Shown in pieces: positions 1 to 10,562 of a stretch of DNA of 64,000 nucleotides. Where the stretch lies: NCBI GenBank assembly GCA_047602425.1, contig JASGHG010000001.1, positions 2,048,001 to 2,112,000 on the forward strand. Reading direction: 5' to 3'. A program made the position numbers and the translations under genes. Numbering within the stretch: the first letter of the stretch is position 1; each line of letters opens with the position of its first letter. A model generated the notes under the pieces. The model saw only the letters and a list, made by a program, of their open reading frames with translations. It searched no databases and was not told the DNA's origin. Origin of the DNA: Nibricoccus sp. (lineage in GTDB: Bacteria > Verrucomicrobiota > Verrucomicrobiia > Opitutales > Opitutaceae).

Positions 1-1203
1 GGCGCAATGGTCGCGACGGGCTGGACTCTCGTGCGCCGTCCCGCGTCGGGTTTTCTTGCCGCTTGGTTCTTCGCCGTTCTTGCACCCAGTTCCAGCTTCA
101 TTCCGGTCAATACGCAGACGGTCGCTGAACATCGCGTCTATCTCGCGCTCGGCGCAATCGTCGTTGCGGCAGCAGTCCTCACCTGCAAATTCCTCGGCCG
201 CCGCAGTTGGATTCCACTGGGCCTTCTCATTGTACCCATCGCCACCGCAACGGTCGCACGCAATCGTTTTTATCTGAACGAGGTCACCATTTGGGAGGAT
301 ACCGTGGCCAAACGCCCGGAAAACTATCGCGCGTGGGTCAGCCTCGGTGCCTACCGATTGCACAAGGAGAAAAATCCGGCTGCCGCGGAAAAGGACTTTG
401 AACGCGCACTGGCATTAAAACCAAACCACAAAGAAGGTCTAAATTGTCTCGGCCAGACCTGGGTCAAACTCGGCCGGCATGCCGAAGGCCTGGCCTTGAT
501 CGTGCAATCGCTGCAGATCGACCCGGAAAATCCCGGTCTCAACGCAGGAGCCGGGGGCGCTTATATGGACGCCGGTCGCTATGAGCAGGCTTTGCCGCAT
601 TTCACAAAAGCCCTCGAACCAAATCCCACCAACAGCACGATCAACTATAACCTCGCCAACTGCCTGATGAAGCTCGGCCGCGATGCCGAGGCTGAGCGAC
701 GTTTTCGCGTTGCGATTGAAGGCAGTCCGGACGACATCGATGCGCTTAACAACCTCGGCACACTTCTGCGTCGCAATGGCCGGATCGATGAAGCCATTGG
801 TTTTTTCAGTCGTGCGATAGAGCTTTTCCCTGGTTCGGCCAAGGCCCACAACAATCTTGGTGTCGCCTTCATGATGCAGCGCAAAACGGACGATGGCCTA
901 AAGCATCTTCGTGAAGCCAGACGCTTGGAACCCGAATCCTACGAAACACGTTCCAATCTTGCGCAGGCGCTGACCCATACCGGCCAAATTGACGAAGCTA
1001 TTCCGCTCTGTGAGCAACTCCTCAAAGAAAAGCCCGACGCCGAACTCGCCAACAACCTCGGCGTGCTCTACGGCCAACTCGGCCAGCTCGACAAAGCCGA
1101 ACAAGCCTTTCACACCGCACTCAAAGTCGATCCCAATCACGCCAGTGCCCGCGAGAATTACGAAAAACTCCGCGCGTATCTCGACGCGCGACACCAGCAG
1201 TGA
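1..1203 (+). CDS. TMTC-like membrane glycosyltransferase with C-terminal TPR repeats (5' truncated)
   Basis: TM segments with SSSFIPV..VAEHRVYL and T..RN..Y.NE..IWEDTV motifs, followed by many TPRs (AHNNLG, ALNNLG, INYNLA); the frame is open at the window edge. Confidence 0.75.
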   Translation, partial: GAMVATGWTLVRRPASGFLAAWFFAVLAPSSSFIPVNTQTVAEHRVYLALGAIVVAAAVLTCKFLGRRSWIPLGLLIVPIATATVARNRFYLNEVTIWEDTVAKRPENYRAWVSLGAYRLHKEKNPAAAEKDFERALALKPNHKEGLNCLGQTWVKLGRHAEGLALIVQSLQIDPENPGLNAGAGGAYMDAGRYEQALPHFTKALEPNPTNSTINYNLANCLMKLGRDAEAERRFRVAIEGSPDDIDALNNLGTLLRRNGRIDEAIGFFSRAIELFPGSAKAHNNLGVAFMMQRKTDDGLKHLREARRLEPESYETRSNLAQALTHTGQIDEAIPLCEQLLKEKPDAELANNLGVLYGQLGQLDKAEQAFHTALKVDPNHASARENYEKLRAYLDARHQQ

Positions 1204-1782
1204 TCAACGCTTCGATCCGCTCAATCGCGCGATAACGGCAGGTAATAAAGCGTGTTCGGCCGCGTGAACCTTGGCCTCCAACGATTCCAGCGTATCAGTT
1301 TCCTCGATACGGATCGCAGTTTGATCGATAATTGGTCCGCCATCGACCTCGGCCGTCACGTAGTGAACCGTACAACCGGTGATTTTTACGCCACGGCGCC
1401 AAGCCTGGCCGATACCATCAAGACCGGGAAAACTCGGGAGCAGACTCGGGTGCAGATTGATGATCTTTCCGGCAAAGGCGTCGATAAAACGCGGCTTCAG
1501 AATGCGCATAAATCCTGCGAGTACCACCAAGTCGGGGCGTAGTGCCGTAATACCATCGATGTAACGCGTCTCGCCTGCGTCGTCGAATTTTGTCTTGAAC
1601 GGTCCTGGATCGAGGAATGCCGCCGGCACGCCGAACTTTTTGCCATGCGCTAAAATTCCCGCCTCGCGCCTATCGGCAAAGATCTGCGTCACCTTCGCGT
1701 TCCCAAGCTCGCCGGCGGCTTGCGCGCGCAGGATTGCCTCGGCGTTGCTGCCCCGACCGGAACCAAGAATGACGATTTTCAT
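1204..1782 (-). CDS. purN: phosphoribosylglycinamide formyltransferase
   Basis: [42 protein letters not shown]. Confidence 0.97.
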   Translation of the reverse strand: MKIVILGSGRGSNAEAILRAQAAGELGNAKVTQIFADRREAGILAHGKKFGVPAAFLDPGPFKTKFDDAGETRYIDGITALRPDLVVLAGFMRILKPRFIDAFAGKIINLHPSLLPSFPGLDGIGQAWRRGVKITGCTVHYVTAEVDGGPIIDQTAIRIEETDTLESLEAKVHAAEHALLPAVIARLSGSKR

Positions 1783-1797
1783 GAACGGGATTTCAGG

Positions 1798-2298
1798 TCA
1801 GACCTCGCCCGCGGCTTTGATTTTCGCGATCAAATTGGTGGTGCTGAAGCCCGGCAGAAATGGCATGAATTTGATCTGCGCACCGACCTGCTCAAGCGCG
1901 CGGCGTTCGTCAGGATCGAGTTTTTCGAGCGTGTAATCGCCCGCCTTGCAGTAGACGTCCGGTTTGAGCGCCAGGATTTCCGCGGTCAGACGTTTGTTTT
2001 GGAATACCACGATGCCATCGACAAACCAGGTCGCGGCGAGGGCGTAGGCGCGATGTTCCTCAGCCTGCACGGGACGGAGCGGACCTTTGAGTTCGCGCAC
2101 ACTGCGATCACCGTTGAGCGCAATGAAGAGCGCGTCACCCAGGGCGCGCGCCTGCTGCAAATAAAAAAGGTGACCCGTGTGGAGAAGATCGAACACCCCA
2201 TTGGTCAGCACCACGCGTTTGCCTGCGGCACGAAGTCTTTCGCGCGCAGACACTGCGGCCTCCAGCGAGGCATGGAGCTTGGGGTTTTCGAGAGTCAT
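1798..2298 (-). CDS. rfaE2: cytidylyltransferase-family enzyme, D-glycero-beta-D-manno-heptose 1-phosphate adenylyltransferase-like (RfaE domain II)
   Basis: TNGVFDLLHTGH (HIGH-type), LNGDRSVRELKGPLRP, KAGDY, STTNLI. Confidence 0.85.
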   Translation of the reverse strand: MTLENPKLHASLEAAVSARERLRAAGKRVVLTNGVFDLLHTGHLFYLQQARALGDALFIALNGDRSVRELKGPLRPVQAEEHRAYALAATWFVDGIVVFQNKRLTAEILALKPDVYCKAGDYTLEKLDPDERRALEQVGAQIKFMPFLPGFSTTNLIAKIKAAGEV

Positions 2299-2301
2299 CG
2301 G

Positions 2302-3462
2302 TCAGCTGAAGTATTTCTTGGCCTTCTCAAAAAAGCTTCTGGCCATTGGTTCGTTGGCATCGCCGCTGAGAAGTGCGAATTCCTCAAGTTTTTTCCGCGC
2401 TTCCGAGGAAAGATTGGTGGGAACTTCGACATGCACCCGGACCAGCTGGTCGCCATGATGGCCACCACGGAGATTGGGCAGGCCCTTCGATTTGAGGCGA
2501 AACGTCGTGCCGCTCTGCGTGCCAACCGGAATCTTGAGCGAGGCCTTGCCGGAAAGCGTTGGAACTTCGATTGTGCCGCCGAGCGTGGCGAGCGTGAACT
2601 TGATCGGTATTTCGCAAAACAAGTCGTCGCCCTGACGTTCGAAGATCTCGTGCTCTTTTACCGATAGCACAATGTAAAGGTCTCCGGCCTGGCCGCCCGA
2701 CATGCCAGCCTCGCCGTTTCCAACCGACCGCAGCCGCGAGCCTGTATCGACGCCGGGCGGGATTCGAACGTTGAGCTTGGTGTTCTTGGCAACGCGACCT
2801 TCACCTCGACAGGCGGTGCAGGCCTTTTCAACCTTCGATCCCGCGCCACCGCAGGTCGGGCAAGTCTGGGTGAAGGTAATAATGCCGCCGGAGCGCCGAA
2901 TCTGGCCGGCGCCGCGGCAGGTCGGGCAAGTGACTTTTTTCGAGCCAGGCTCCGCACCCGAACCATCGCAACGGTCACAAGTGACGGCCTTGCGGAAGGA
3001 AATTTCCTTCTCCACGCCGCGGGCCGCCTCTTCGAGGGTGATTTCGAGATCGTAACGCAGGTCGGCGCCATCGCGCCCGCCGTCACGGCCACCGCCGCCG
3101 CCAAAAAATTCTTCGAAAATGCCGCCGGCGCCACCGCCGCCACCACCGGCTCCGAATACTTCCCGAAAGATGTCGAATGGATCGTGGAAACCACCGCCCA
3201 TGCCGCCGGCTCCGCGTGGACCCGCGCCACCGCCCTGTTGGAAGGCGGCATGGCCATAACGGTCGTAGGCCGCGCGTTTCTGCGGATCCTTGAGCACTTC
3301 GTAGGCTTCGGAGACTTTTTTGAACATCTCCTCAGCTTCCTTATTACCCTGATTTTTGTCGGGATGATATTGGACGGCTTTTTTTCGATACGCCTTTTTC
3401 AGGTCGTCTTCGGAAGCGTTTTTCTCAACGCCGAGCAGTTCGTAATAATCTTCTTTGGCCAT
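2302..3462 (-). CDS. dnaJ: chaperone DnaJ
   Basis: J-domain with HPD, G/F region, four CxxCxGxG repeats; start at MAKEDYY. Confidence 0.98.
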   Translation of the reverse strand: MAKEDYYELLGVEKNASEDDLKKAYRKKAVQYHPDKNQGNKEAEEMFKKVSEAYEVLKDPQKRAAYDRYGHAAFQQGGGAGPRGAGGMGGGFHDPFDIFREVFGAGGGGGGAGGIFEEFFGGGGGRDGGRDGADLRYDLEITLEEAARGVEKEISFRKAVTCDRCDGSGAEPGSKKVTCPTCRGAGQIRRSGGIITFTQTCPTCGGAGSKVEKACTACRGEGRVAKNTKLNVRIPPGVDTGSRLRSVGNGEAGMSGGQAGDLYIVLSVKEHEIFERQGDDLFCEIPIKFTLATLGGTIEVPTLSGKASLKIPVGTQSGTTFRLKSKGLPNLRGGHHGDQLVRVHVEVPTNLSSEARKKLEEFALLSGDANEPMARSFFEKAKKYFS

Positions 3463-3511
3463 GTTGGTTGATTTTGGAGACACGTCCGCGGATTAGCGGC
3501 GCCGACCCGGT

Positions 3512-4132
3512 TCAGGCTCCGGCCTCCGTTTTCGCGGGGCCACTGGAAAGGATGACCGAGGCGGGGCGGAGCAGGCGGCCGTTGAGCGCATAGCCAACGC
3601 GGACGACCTGCAAAACCGAACCTTCCGCCACCTCCTTGCTGGGCTGGCTGGCGATGGATTCGTGCTGGTTGGGATCGAATTTTTCGCCCACCGGGTTGAT
3701 TTCTTTCAAACCGTGATTGACGAGCGCGCCTTTCAACTGGCCGAGAACCATCTCGATGCCTCCGACCAAAGTTTTAAGATCCGCATTCGGCGCTTTGGCC
3801 GCCCCGATGCCGAGCGCGAGGTTGTCGAGCACGGGAAGCAGATCTTCGAGCACGCGGCCGGCCGCAAATTGGCGAAGTTCGTCCTTTTCGCGGACAACGC
3901 GACGGCGGAAATTTTCCAAGTCCGCCATGGCGCGCACATAATGATCGTGGCTTTTCGCAGCGGCTTTTTTCGCCTCGTCGAGCTGCTGTTCCAGACTGGG
4001 GCCGGCCGCAGGCGTTTCGACTTTTGCGGGTTCAGGTGCAGCCTCCGGCGCAGGTTTTTGCTCGGCCGGAGCTGGGGCCGGATTGGCGGCCACATTGGTC
4101 TTGGAAGGATCGGGAGTTTCAGACGCGGTCAT
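3512..4132 (-). CDS. grpE: nucleotide exchange factor GrpE
   Basis: ADLENFRRR, LLPVLDNL, FDPNQHE, GY.LNGRLLRPA.V. Confidence 0.97.
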   Translation of the reverse strand: MTASETPDPSKTNVAANPAPAPAEQKPAPEAAPEPAKVETPAAGPSLEQQLDEAKKAAAKSHDHYVRAMADLENFRRRVVREKDELRQFAAGRVLEDLLPVLDNLALGIGAAKAPNADLKTLVGGIEMVLGQLKGALVNHGLKEINPVGEKFDPNQHESIASQPSKEVAEGSVLQVVRVGYALNGRLLRPASVILSSGPAKTEAGA

Positions 4133-4150
4133 GTTGAACCGCGGAGTAAA

Positions 4151-5131
4151 CTACGGCTTCTGCGATTCTTCAAGTTTCTCGACAACCGTTTTTAATGGGT
4201 CGGCCGCCTGCTCGGTTTTGGGTTTGAGCATCGGGTCAACCGGTTGAGTGGCAGCACCAAATGCCTTGCCGATGTCGCCCGGAATCAGACCCTGAATGGC
4301 TGCGCCGACGGACTGCAGGCTCTTAAACGCGAAGGGCGCCATGAGCTGCTTGGGGTCGGTGAAATCATTGAAGGTGTAGTGAAGCTTGCACTTGTATTCG
4401 CGAATATCGGGGGTCGCGGCCATGTAGTCGGCCACAATGACTCGATCGAGGCTGAGCTCCAGGCGGCGGATCGTGAACCGCATCGGTTTCTCAACCGGAA
4501 CGACCTCAGCCTCCTTGGAATTTGATTTTTTATCCTTGGCCGCCGTTTCGCCGGTTTTGGCTCTGGCCTTGGGATCGGCAGGAGAAGTCTTCGCCGGTTC
4601 GGCTTTGGGTTTGACCGGACCGCCTTGGGTCGCGGAGGCGTCGCGAACGGGCTCATCTTTTCCAAAAAGCTTCTTCTTTTCGTCGCCTTCGTTTTCCGCA
4701 CGCGGAGGCGGATTGAGCCGGTCGTTGAAAAGCTGGCTGTTCAGGACACCGTCGGCGTCGCGCACGAGCGCAACATAGGCGACCTCGATGCGGGCATAGT
4801 CAAAAACGGGATGATTGCTGAACAGGGTCTGCATTTGCGCATTCGCATTGAAGGACGTGACCTCGATGAAATGCGGACGAGGAAAACCAGGCGGGTTGGA
4901 AATCACCAACCCTGTGAGATCGACGCGAGCGGTGAAGGGATTGAACGCCATCTGCGTGATCTTCACCCGGAAACCCGTGTGCTTTTGTAGTGTGCTGGCC
5001 AATACAACCGGCAGAAAATAGACCCACGCCGCAGCAATCACACAACCAAACACTACAAAGAAAACCAGCAGCTTCATCAGTGTTCCGCCGCGGTTGCCCG
5101 CCTTCGTGATGCCAATGTTGTGTGCGTTCAT
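4151..5131 (-). CDS. AsmA-like membrane-anchored protein
   Basis: N-terminal TM helix, then beta-rich ISNPPGF region typical of AsmA-type proteins; start overlaps the manA stop (ATGA). Confidence 0.6.
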   Translation of the reverse strand: MNAHNIGITKAGNRGGTLMKLLVFFVVFGCVIAAAWVYFLPVVLASTLQKHTGFRVKITQMAFNPFTARVDLTGLVISNPPGFPRPHFIEVTSFNANAQMQTLFSNHPVFDYARIEVAYVALVRDADGVLNSQLFNDRLNPPPRAENEGDEKKKLFGKDEPVRDASATQGGPVKPKAEPAKTSPADPKARAKTGETAAKDKKSNSKEAEVVPVEKPMRFTIRRLELSLDRVIVADYMAATPDIREYKCKLHYTFNDFTDPKQLMAPFAFKSLQSVGAAIQGLIPGDIGKAFGAATQPVDPMLKPKTEQAADPLKTVVEKLEESQKP

Positions 5132-6108
5132 GTTGTGATCTGGGAGAAATTCTCCGTGACGAGCAATACGGAGGGACCAGCCGCCTCGCAACTCATCGTG
5201 CTATCAAAAGGCAGTAAAACATTCTCACCGGCAACCAGCTTTGAGGCACCATTTCCGCCGCCATCCGCCACCGCCAAAGTCAATTCGCCACTCACTACAC
5301 TAATAATCCTCGCTTGCTCACGCGGGGCGAAGCTCAGGCTTTCTCCCTTGGCCAGCGGCACGCGATGGATGCAAAACTCCTCCGCGTCAGCGATAACCGC
5401 AGCCTTGTTTTCCGCACGCTGCGGCACCGGCTCAAAATCGTCCCACTTGATCGAGCGGAGCGATTCCGCCACATGCATTTGACGCGGTTTGCCATCGAGT
5501 CCCACACGACCCCAATCGTAAACGCGGTACGTCGTATCCGAGTTTTGCTGGATTTCGAGGATCAGATTGCCCGCATCGATCGCATGCACCTGCCCGCTTC
5601 GAACCAATATGGAGTCGCCTGCGGCCACGGGAAAACGATGCACGCAGGACTCCAGCGTATTGTTGCGGATCGCAGTCTCGAACTGTTCGCGAGTCACACC
5701 GCGTTTTAGTCCGACGATCAACGACGAGCCGGGCGTCGTGGCCGCGATGAACCAGTTTTCCGTCTTGGGTTCGCCTTTGAGTTCCGGCGCCACCGCAGCC
5801 GGCGGGTGCACTTGCAAGCTCAGCCGTTCGCGGCAATCGAGCCATTTAACCAATATGGGGAAACGCTGCTCTTTGGCCCAACCGGGCCCCATCAGCCAAG
5901 CGCCGCGCCGCTCAATCACTTCGCGTAAAGTCCAGCCATCCAACTCACCACCGACAACCCGGGATTGCGCCTCCGGCCGATCCACAATCTCCCAGCTCTC
6001 GCCAATCGGGCCGCCCGCCGGCAAAGCCCTCGAAAACGCCTTGGAGAGCTCTTTACCGCCCCAAACTCGTTCTTGATAAATGGGTTGGAACTTTAGGAGT
6101 TGTTGCAT
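5128..6108 (-). CDS. manA: mannose-6-phosphate isomerase, class I
   Basis: ERVWGG, IGESWE, FPILVKWLD..LSLQVHP, KTENW, HAI..EIQQNSDTTYRVYDWGR. Confidence 0.93.
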   Translation of the reverse strand: MQQLLKFQPIYQERVWGGKELSKAFSRALPAGGPIGESWEIVDRPEAQSRVVGGELDGWTLREVIERRGAWLMGPGWAKEQRFPILVKWLDCRERLSLQVHPPAAVAPELKGEPKTENWFIAATTPGSSLIVGLKRGVTREQFETAIRNNTLESCVHRFPVAAGDSILVRSGQVHAIDAGNLILEIQQNSDTTYRVYDWGRVGLDGKPRQMHVAESLRSIKWDDFEPVPQRAENKAAVIADAEEFCIHRVPLAKGESLSFAPREQARIISVVSGELTLAVADGGGNGASKLVAGENVLLPFDSTMSCEAAGPSVLLVTENFSQITT

Positions 6109-6214
6109 GGTATTAGCAAGAATTTTGTGAATTTGCTGACAACGCTTTATAAAATTGACCGGACCTCGCGGCAGTCCGGGAATCGCCGCGGGACAGCTCG
6201 GTTACATAAATCAC

Positions 6215-8782
6215 ATGGCTAAGTCTTCGAGTTCAAACTCAAACAACAACCCCCTCAACCCTCCGCGCTATCCTCCGCGCTGGGCTATCGGAAGTGTCTG
6301 CTTTCTCATCGGCGTGCTGCTGACCGTGGCATTTGTCGATTTTTCTCCAGAACAAAGCCTCATGGTCTCGACCAATCCGACCCAGAAAAACCTCGTGGGT
6401 CGCTTCGGAGCGGAAATCTCGTGGTGGTCACTCCACATCGTCGGCATCAGCACCTGGCTGATCCCGGCGTTTCTGCTCTGGATGTCGTATGTCGCCGTGC
6501 GCAATGCTAAGCGTCTCGCCAATACTCGCATCATCGCGATGATTCTCTGCATCATCTCGCTGTCGGGCCTGGCGAGCATGGTCGATGGGTTCAAAAACAC
6601 CCAATATTTCTCCGCTGATCTCGGCGGCATCGTCGGCGGCCTGATCTACCACGATTTGCTCAAGGATATCCTTGGCCCGTTTGGTACCGGTCTTCTCTTG
6701 GGCATGATCTATGTCATCGGATTGATGTTCATTCTCACAAAAGACATCTCCGCCGAATTCGAAAAAATCGGCAGCGGCTTCGCCGAATGGCGCTCCCATC
6801 GTTCCGAGCGCAAGGCTGAGAAACAGGCCATCAAGCAGGAAACCAAAGAAGCCAAAAACCGCCAAAAGCATGCCTCCGTGCCCGTTGCGGTCGGCCCTCC
6901 TCCTGTCAACAAGCTCTCTATCGCCTCGCGCAATACCACCCCGCCCGTCGGCTCTTCCGACAGCAAATCGCCCAACACCTCCACCAAGAGCCCTCTTGCC
7001 ACCGCCGAATCGAAAAACCCTCTCGTAGAAACCAAAGCTTCCACGTCTGAGCCGAAAACCGCCGCTGCCACAACCGAGCCGGCCACCACAACTTCCAGCA
7101 CCCGCGGCGGAATCCGCACCGGCCAGGGCACCGTCAGTCCTTTCGGGGATGAAGCCCCGCTCGCCAACGCGTCAAAGAGTCCTTTCGCCGGCACCCCCGG
7201 TCGCATCGAGCTCAACATCGTCAAACCCGAGACAACCAAGAAGGCAGCCAAACCGGTCATCCCGGAAAGCGACGAGAAATACTTCTTCCCGCCCATAACC
7301 CTGCTCAAGGACCAAGTTAAGGGCGGCGTCGGCAATTCCGAGGACGAACACCGTCGCAATGCCGAAAACCTTCTCCGCATCCTCAGCGAATTTGGTGTGG
7401 AAGTTTCCCTCGGCGAAATCCATGTCGGACCGGTTATTACCCGCTACGAAGTCATTCCCGCGCCCGGCGTCCGCGTCGAAAAAATCGCCGGCCTCGACAA
7501 AAATATTGCCCTCGGCATGCGCGCCCAATCCGTGCGCATCCTCGCCCCCATCCCCGGTAAAGCCGCCGTCGGCGTCGAAGTCCCGAACCAACACCCCACA
7601 CCCGTTGGCCTCCGCGAAATCCTCGAATCTGAAGACTGGGTCAACGCCAAGGCCGAAATTCCCATTGCCCTCGGCAAGGACGTCTCCGGCGCTCCGCTCG
7701 TCTCCGATCTAACTAAAATGCCGCACTTGTTGATCGCAGGTGCCACCGGCTCCGGAAAATCCGTCTGCATCAACGCCATCATCGCTTCCATCCTTTATTC
7801 GAAGAGCCCCAAGGATGTTCGTCTCCTGATGGTCGATCCGAAGATTGTTGAACTTAAAATCTTCAACACCCTTCCCCACATGCTCATCCCGGTGGTGACC
7901 GAGCCCAAGAAAGTGCCCGGCGCGCTCAAATGGCTCCTCGCCGAGATGGAGCAACGCTACCAAATCTTCGCCAAAGTCGGCGTCCGCAACATCACCGCCT
8001 TCAACAATCGCAAGAAAGAAGCGGCCAAAGCCGAACCAAAACCGGCCGAAACACAGACCCCGCTTCCCGGGGTCACTCCTGATGCCGACGACACCATAGA
8101 AATTCCGCCGCGCCTGCCGTACATGATCGCCATCATCGACGAACTTGCCGATTTGATGATGGTTGCGCCCGCCGAGATCGAAACCTCGATCGCCCGTCTC
8201 GCCCAGCTCGCCCGCGCCGCCGGCATTCACCTCATCATCGCCACCCAACGCCCCTCGGTCAACGTCATCACCGGCGTCATCAAGGCCAACCTGCCTTCCC
8301 GCATCGCCTTCCAGGTCGCCTCGCAGGTCGACTCCCGAACCATCCTCGATACCAAGGGCGCCGACACACTCATTGGCCGTGGCGACATGCTCTTCTCGCC
8401 GCCAGGCTCCTCGCGCCTCGTGCGTGCCCAAGGCGCCTTCGTCTCCGATGACGAAATCCAATCCATCATCGAAGCCCTCAAGAAAAACGGCCCGCCGCAG
8501 TACGCGCAGGAAGTTCAAGCGCAGATCGATCGCGACCCCGAAGACGACGACAACGAAGACGGCGACGAGGAGGATATTGGCGACGACGACGAAATGCTGC
8601 AGGAGGCCATCGGCGTCCTCAAAGCCACCCGTCGCGCCTCGACCTCGATGCTTCAGCGACGCCTTCGCATTGGTTACAACCGCGCCGCGCGCATCATGGA
8701 GATCATGGAAGACCGCGGCATCGTTGGACCCGAAAACGGCGCCCAGCCTCGCGAAATCCTCAAGGACCTCGACGCCATGTAG
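6215..8782 (+). CDS. ftsK: DNA translocase FtsK
   Basis: 4TM N-terminus, low-complexity linker, PHLLIAGATGSGKS, IIDELADLM, ATQRPS, gamma domain STSMLQRRLRIGYNRAAR. Confidence 0.97.
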   Translation: MAKSSSSNSNNNPLNPPRYPPRWAIGSVCFLIGVLLTVAFVDFSPEQSLMVSTNPTQKNLVGRFGAEISWWSLHIVGISTWLIPAFLLWMSYVAVRNAKRLANTRIIAMILCIISLSGLASMVDGFKNTQYFSADLGGIVGGLIYHDLLKDILGPFGTGLLLGMIYVIGLMFILTKDISAEFEKIGSGFAEWRSHRSERKAEKQAIKQETKEAKNRQKHASVPVAVGPPPVNKLSIASRNTTPPVGSSDSKSPNTSTKSPLATAESKNPLVETKASTSEPKTAAATTEPATTTSSTRGGIRTGQGTVSPFGDEAPLANASKSPFAGTPGRIELNIVKPETTKKAAKPVIPESDEKYFFPPITLLKDQVKGGVGNSEDEHRRNAENLLRILSEFGVEVSLGEIHVGPVITRYEVIPAPGVRVEKIAGLDKNIALGMRAQSVRILAPIPGKAAVGVEVPNQHPTPVGLREILESEDWVNAKAEIPIALGKDVSGAPLVSDLTKMPHLLIAGATGSGKSVCINAIIASILYSKSPKDVRLLMVDPKIVELKIFNTLPHMLIPVVTEPKKVPGALKWLLAEMEQRYQIFAKVGVRNITAFNNRKKEAAKAEPKPAETQTPLPGVTPDADDTIEIPPRLPYMIAIIDELADLMMVAPAEIETSIARLAQLARAAGIHLIIATQRPSVNVITGVIKANLPSRIAFQVASQVDSRTILDTKGADTLIGRGDMLFSPPGSSRLVRAQGAFVSDDEIQSIIEALKKNGPPQYAQEVQAQIDRDPEDDDNEDGDEEDIGDDDEMLQEAIGVLKATRRASTSMLQRRLRIGYNRAARIMEIMEDRGIVGPENGAQPREILKDLDAM

Positions 8783-8935
8783 GCATCCTCCCGCGGCCTT
8801 CTGTAGACGACGCGAGAAAACAGTTCGCTTTTCCTAGACGCACGCCTCCGCGTGCGTTTAGTTTTTCCGCAGCAGAATTACCGCCACCGCACTTCCTGCT
8901 TCCCCTCTCACACCTTTTACCCTAACTGACTTTAC

Positions 8936-9763
8936 ATGCAATCGATCGGCGAACGCCTGGAAGAAGCACGCAAACGCAAAGGCCTGTCCATCCGCGAGGC
9001 CTCTGAAGCGACAAAAATTCGCAGCGACTACCTGCATAAATTCGAAAGCAACCAATTCGACATCAATCTTCCCGAAATTTACGTGAAGGGCTTCCTGCGC
9101 ACCTACGCCAATTTCCTCAAGGCGCCCTCGGAAAAAATCATCGCCGACTACGTCGGTCTCGGTCTCGGCGAAAACCGCAGCACCCGCCAGCTCAATCGCG
9201 AAGTCTACGGCCGTATGGATCTGTCCGTTGGTTCCAAAATGGACAAGGACACCAAGGAGAAGCCCGCGGCCGCCGCCGGCGTTGCCGAACCAGTTGCCAC
9301 CAACGAAGACGCCGCTCCGCGCAACCCCGCCACCTTCGTTCCGCCGCGCTCGGAGTCCGGCCGCCGAAACCCGCTCAATCTCGACCTCATCGTCAAAGGC
9401 GGCGGCCTCGTTCTCGGCTTGATTATCGTGATCATGCTCGGCATCTGGCTGTTCCGCGGCGGCAGCGGCACTCCCAAACCAACCAATACCTCCGCCACCA
9501 GCACCGATTCCATCTGGGTCCGGCCGCAAGCCGGGGAGTCCATTCTTCCCCTCGTCGCCGTCGGCCCGGTCTCAGTCACCGTCACCACGCAGAAAGACGG
9601 CATCACGCTTTTCCAAGGCACGATTCCCCGCGGCGACCGTCGAGACATTCCGTGGCGCGGCGCCCTCAAAATTGTTTCCGACCCAAGCCAGAACCTGATG
9701 GTCGAATTCAATGGCAAACAATTCGGCATGTCAGGCCGGGAAACCAACATCCGCCAACCATAA
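8936..9763 (+). CDS. rodZ: RodZ-like HTH membrane protein
   Basis: IGERLEEARKRKGLS..TKIRSDYL..YVKGFLRTYA HTH, single TM; follows ftsK. Confidence 0.8.
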   Translation: MQSIGERLEEARKRKGLSIREASEATKIRSDYLHKFESNQFDINLPEIYVKGFLRTYANFLKAPSEKIIADYVGLGLGENRSTRQLNREVYGRMDLSVGSKMDKDTKEKPAAAAGVAEPVATNEDAAPRNPATFVPPRSESGRRNPLNLDLIVKGGGLVLGLIIVIMLGIWLFRGGSGTPKPTNTSATSTDSIWVRPQAGESILPLVAVGPVSVTVTTQKDGITLFQGTIPRGDRRDIPWRGALKIVSDPSQNLMVEFNGKQFGMSGRETNIRQP

Positions 9764-9792
9764 CGGGTATCTAAAAATCCCCTACAATTTCC

Positions 9793-9821
9793 AACCCGCG
9801 CCGCATGCGCGGGTTTTTTTT
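9793..9821 (+). terminator. Rho-independent terminator after ftsK-rodZ
   Basis: AACCCGCGC-cgcat-GCGCGGGTT followed by a T run. Confidence 0.85.
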
Positions 9822-9907
9822 ATTCAAACCTAACGCCTGAAGAGAAAGCGGGCCGAGTGGCTGAAAGGCACCACTGCAAAAAGGCCGCCTTTCACATTCG
9901 GAAGAAA

Positions 9908-10519
9908 CTACCGCAACGCCACCGGAGGGCCAAGTACCTCGCGCAACACAATCGCACGTCGCACCGAAGCCGGATTTCGCAAATCTGCCAGCAAACTGCC
10001 CCGCGCCGCCGTGTCGGACGACGCCATCGCCGCCGCCGTTTTTTCGGCAAAAGCCTCGGCCTTGCCAACCGTATGCCGGCGTTTCTCGTCCAGCTCGCGC
10101 AACTGCGCCGACAATCGTTGCTGCCGCTCCAAAACCGCCTGATCAAGCGCTGCCGCTTGCTCCTCGGCTGCGGCCTGTGCATAGGCATCCGGTTCCGCCG
10201 GCATGCGCGTCTGCACAGGAGCCGGTCCCGGCAAAACTTCTTCCCGATAACGCGGCTCAGGCATTGGCGGTGGCTGTGGTTTCGGAACAGCCCCGCCCGC
10301 CCGCTCAAGGATCTTGCGGCGAATTTCCTCTTGTATGCGGCGTACCCGCTCCGCCTCGTCGTCGACCGGCCTTTGCATCTGAACCGGCCGGGCCTGCTGA
10401 GCCTCAAGCTCCCGCATGGCCTCGGCTTCTTCCTTCGCCTTGCGGCGCTGGTTCAGCCAATAGGCGATCGCACCGCCCACCAGGACTACCAGCTGCATGT
10501 GCTCAAAGATCCAGTTCAT
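9908..10519 (-). CDS. membrane-anchored coiled-coil protein downstream of floA (YqfB-like position)
   Basis: N-terminal TM, charged helices, C-terminal RRAIVLREVLGPPVALR. Confidence 0.7.
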   Translation of the reverse strand: MNWIFEHMQLVVLVGGAIAYWLNQRRKAKEEAEAMRELEAQQARPVQMQRPVDDEAERVRRIQEEIRRKILERAGGAVPKPQPPPMPEPRYREEVLPGPAPVQTRMPAEPDAYAQAAAEEQAAALDQAVLERQQRLSAQLRELDEKRRHTVGKAEAFAEKTAAAMASSDTAARGSLLADLRNPASVRRAIVLREVLGPPVALR

Positions 10520-10562
10520 CTCGGGAAGAAGCTTGTATCAAAATTACAACTACGTGGTGCGA

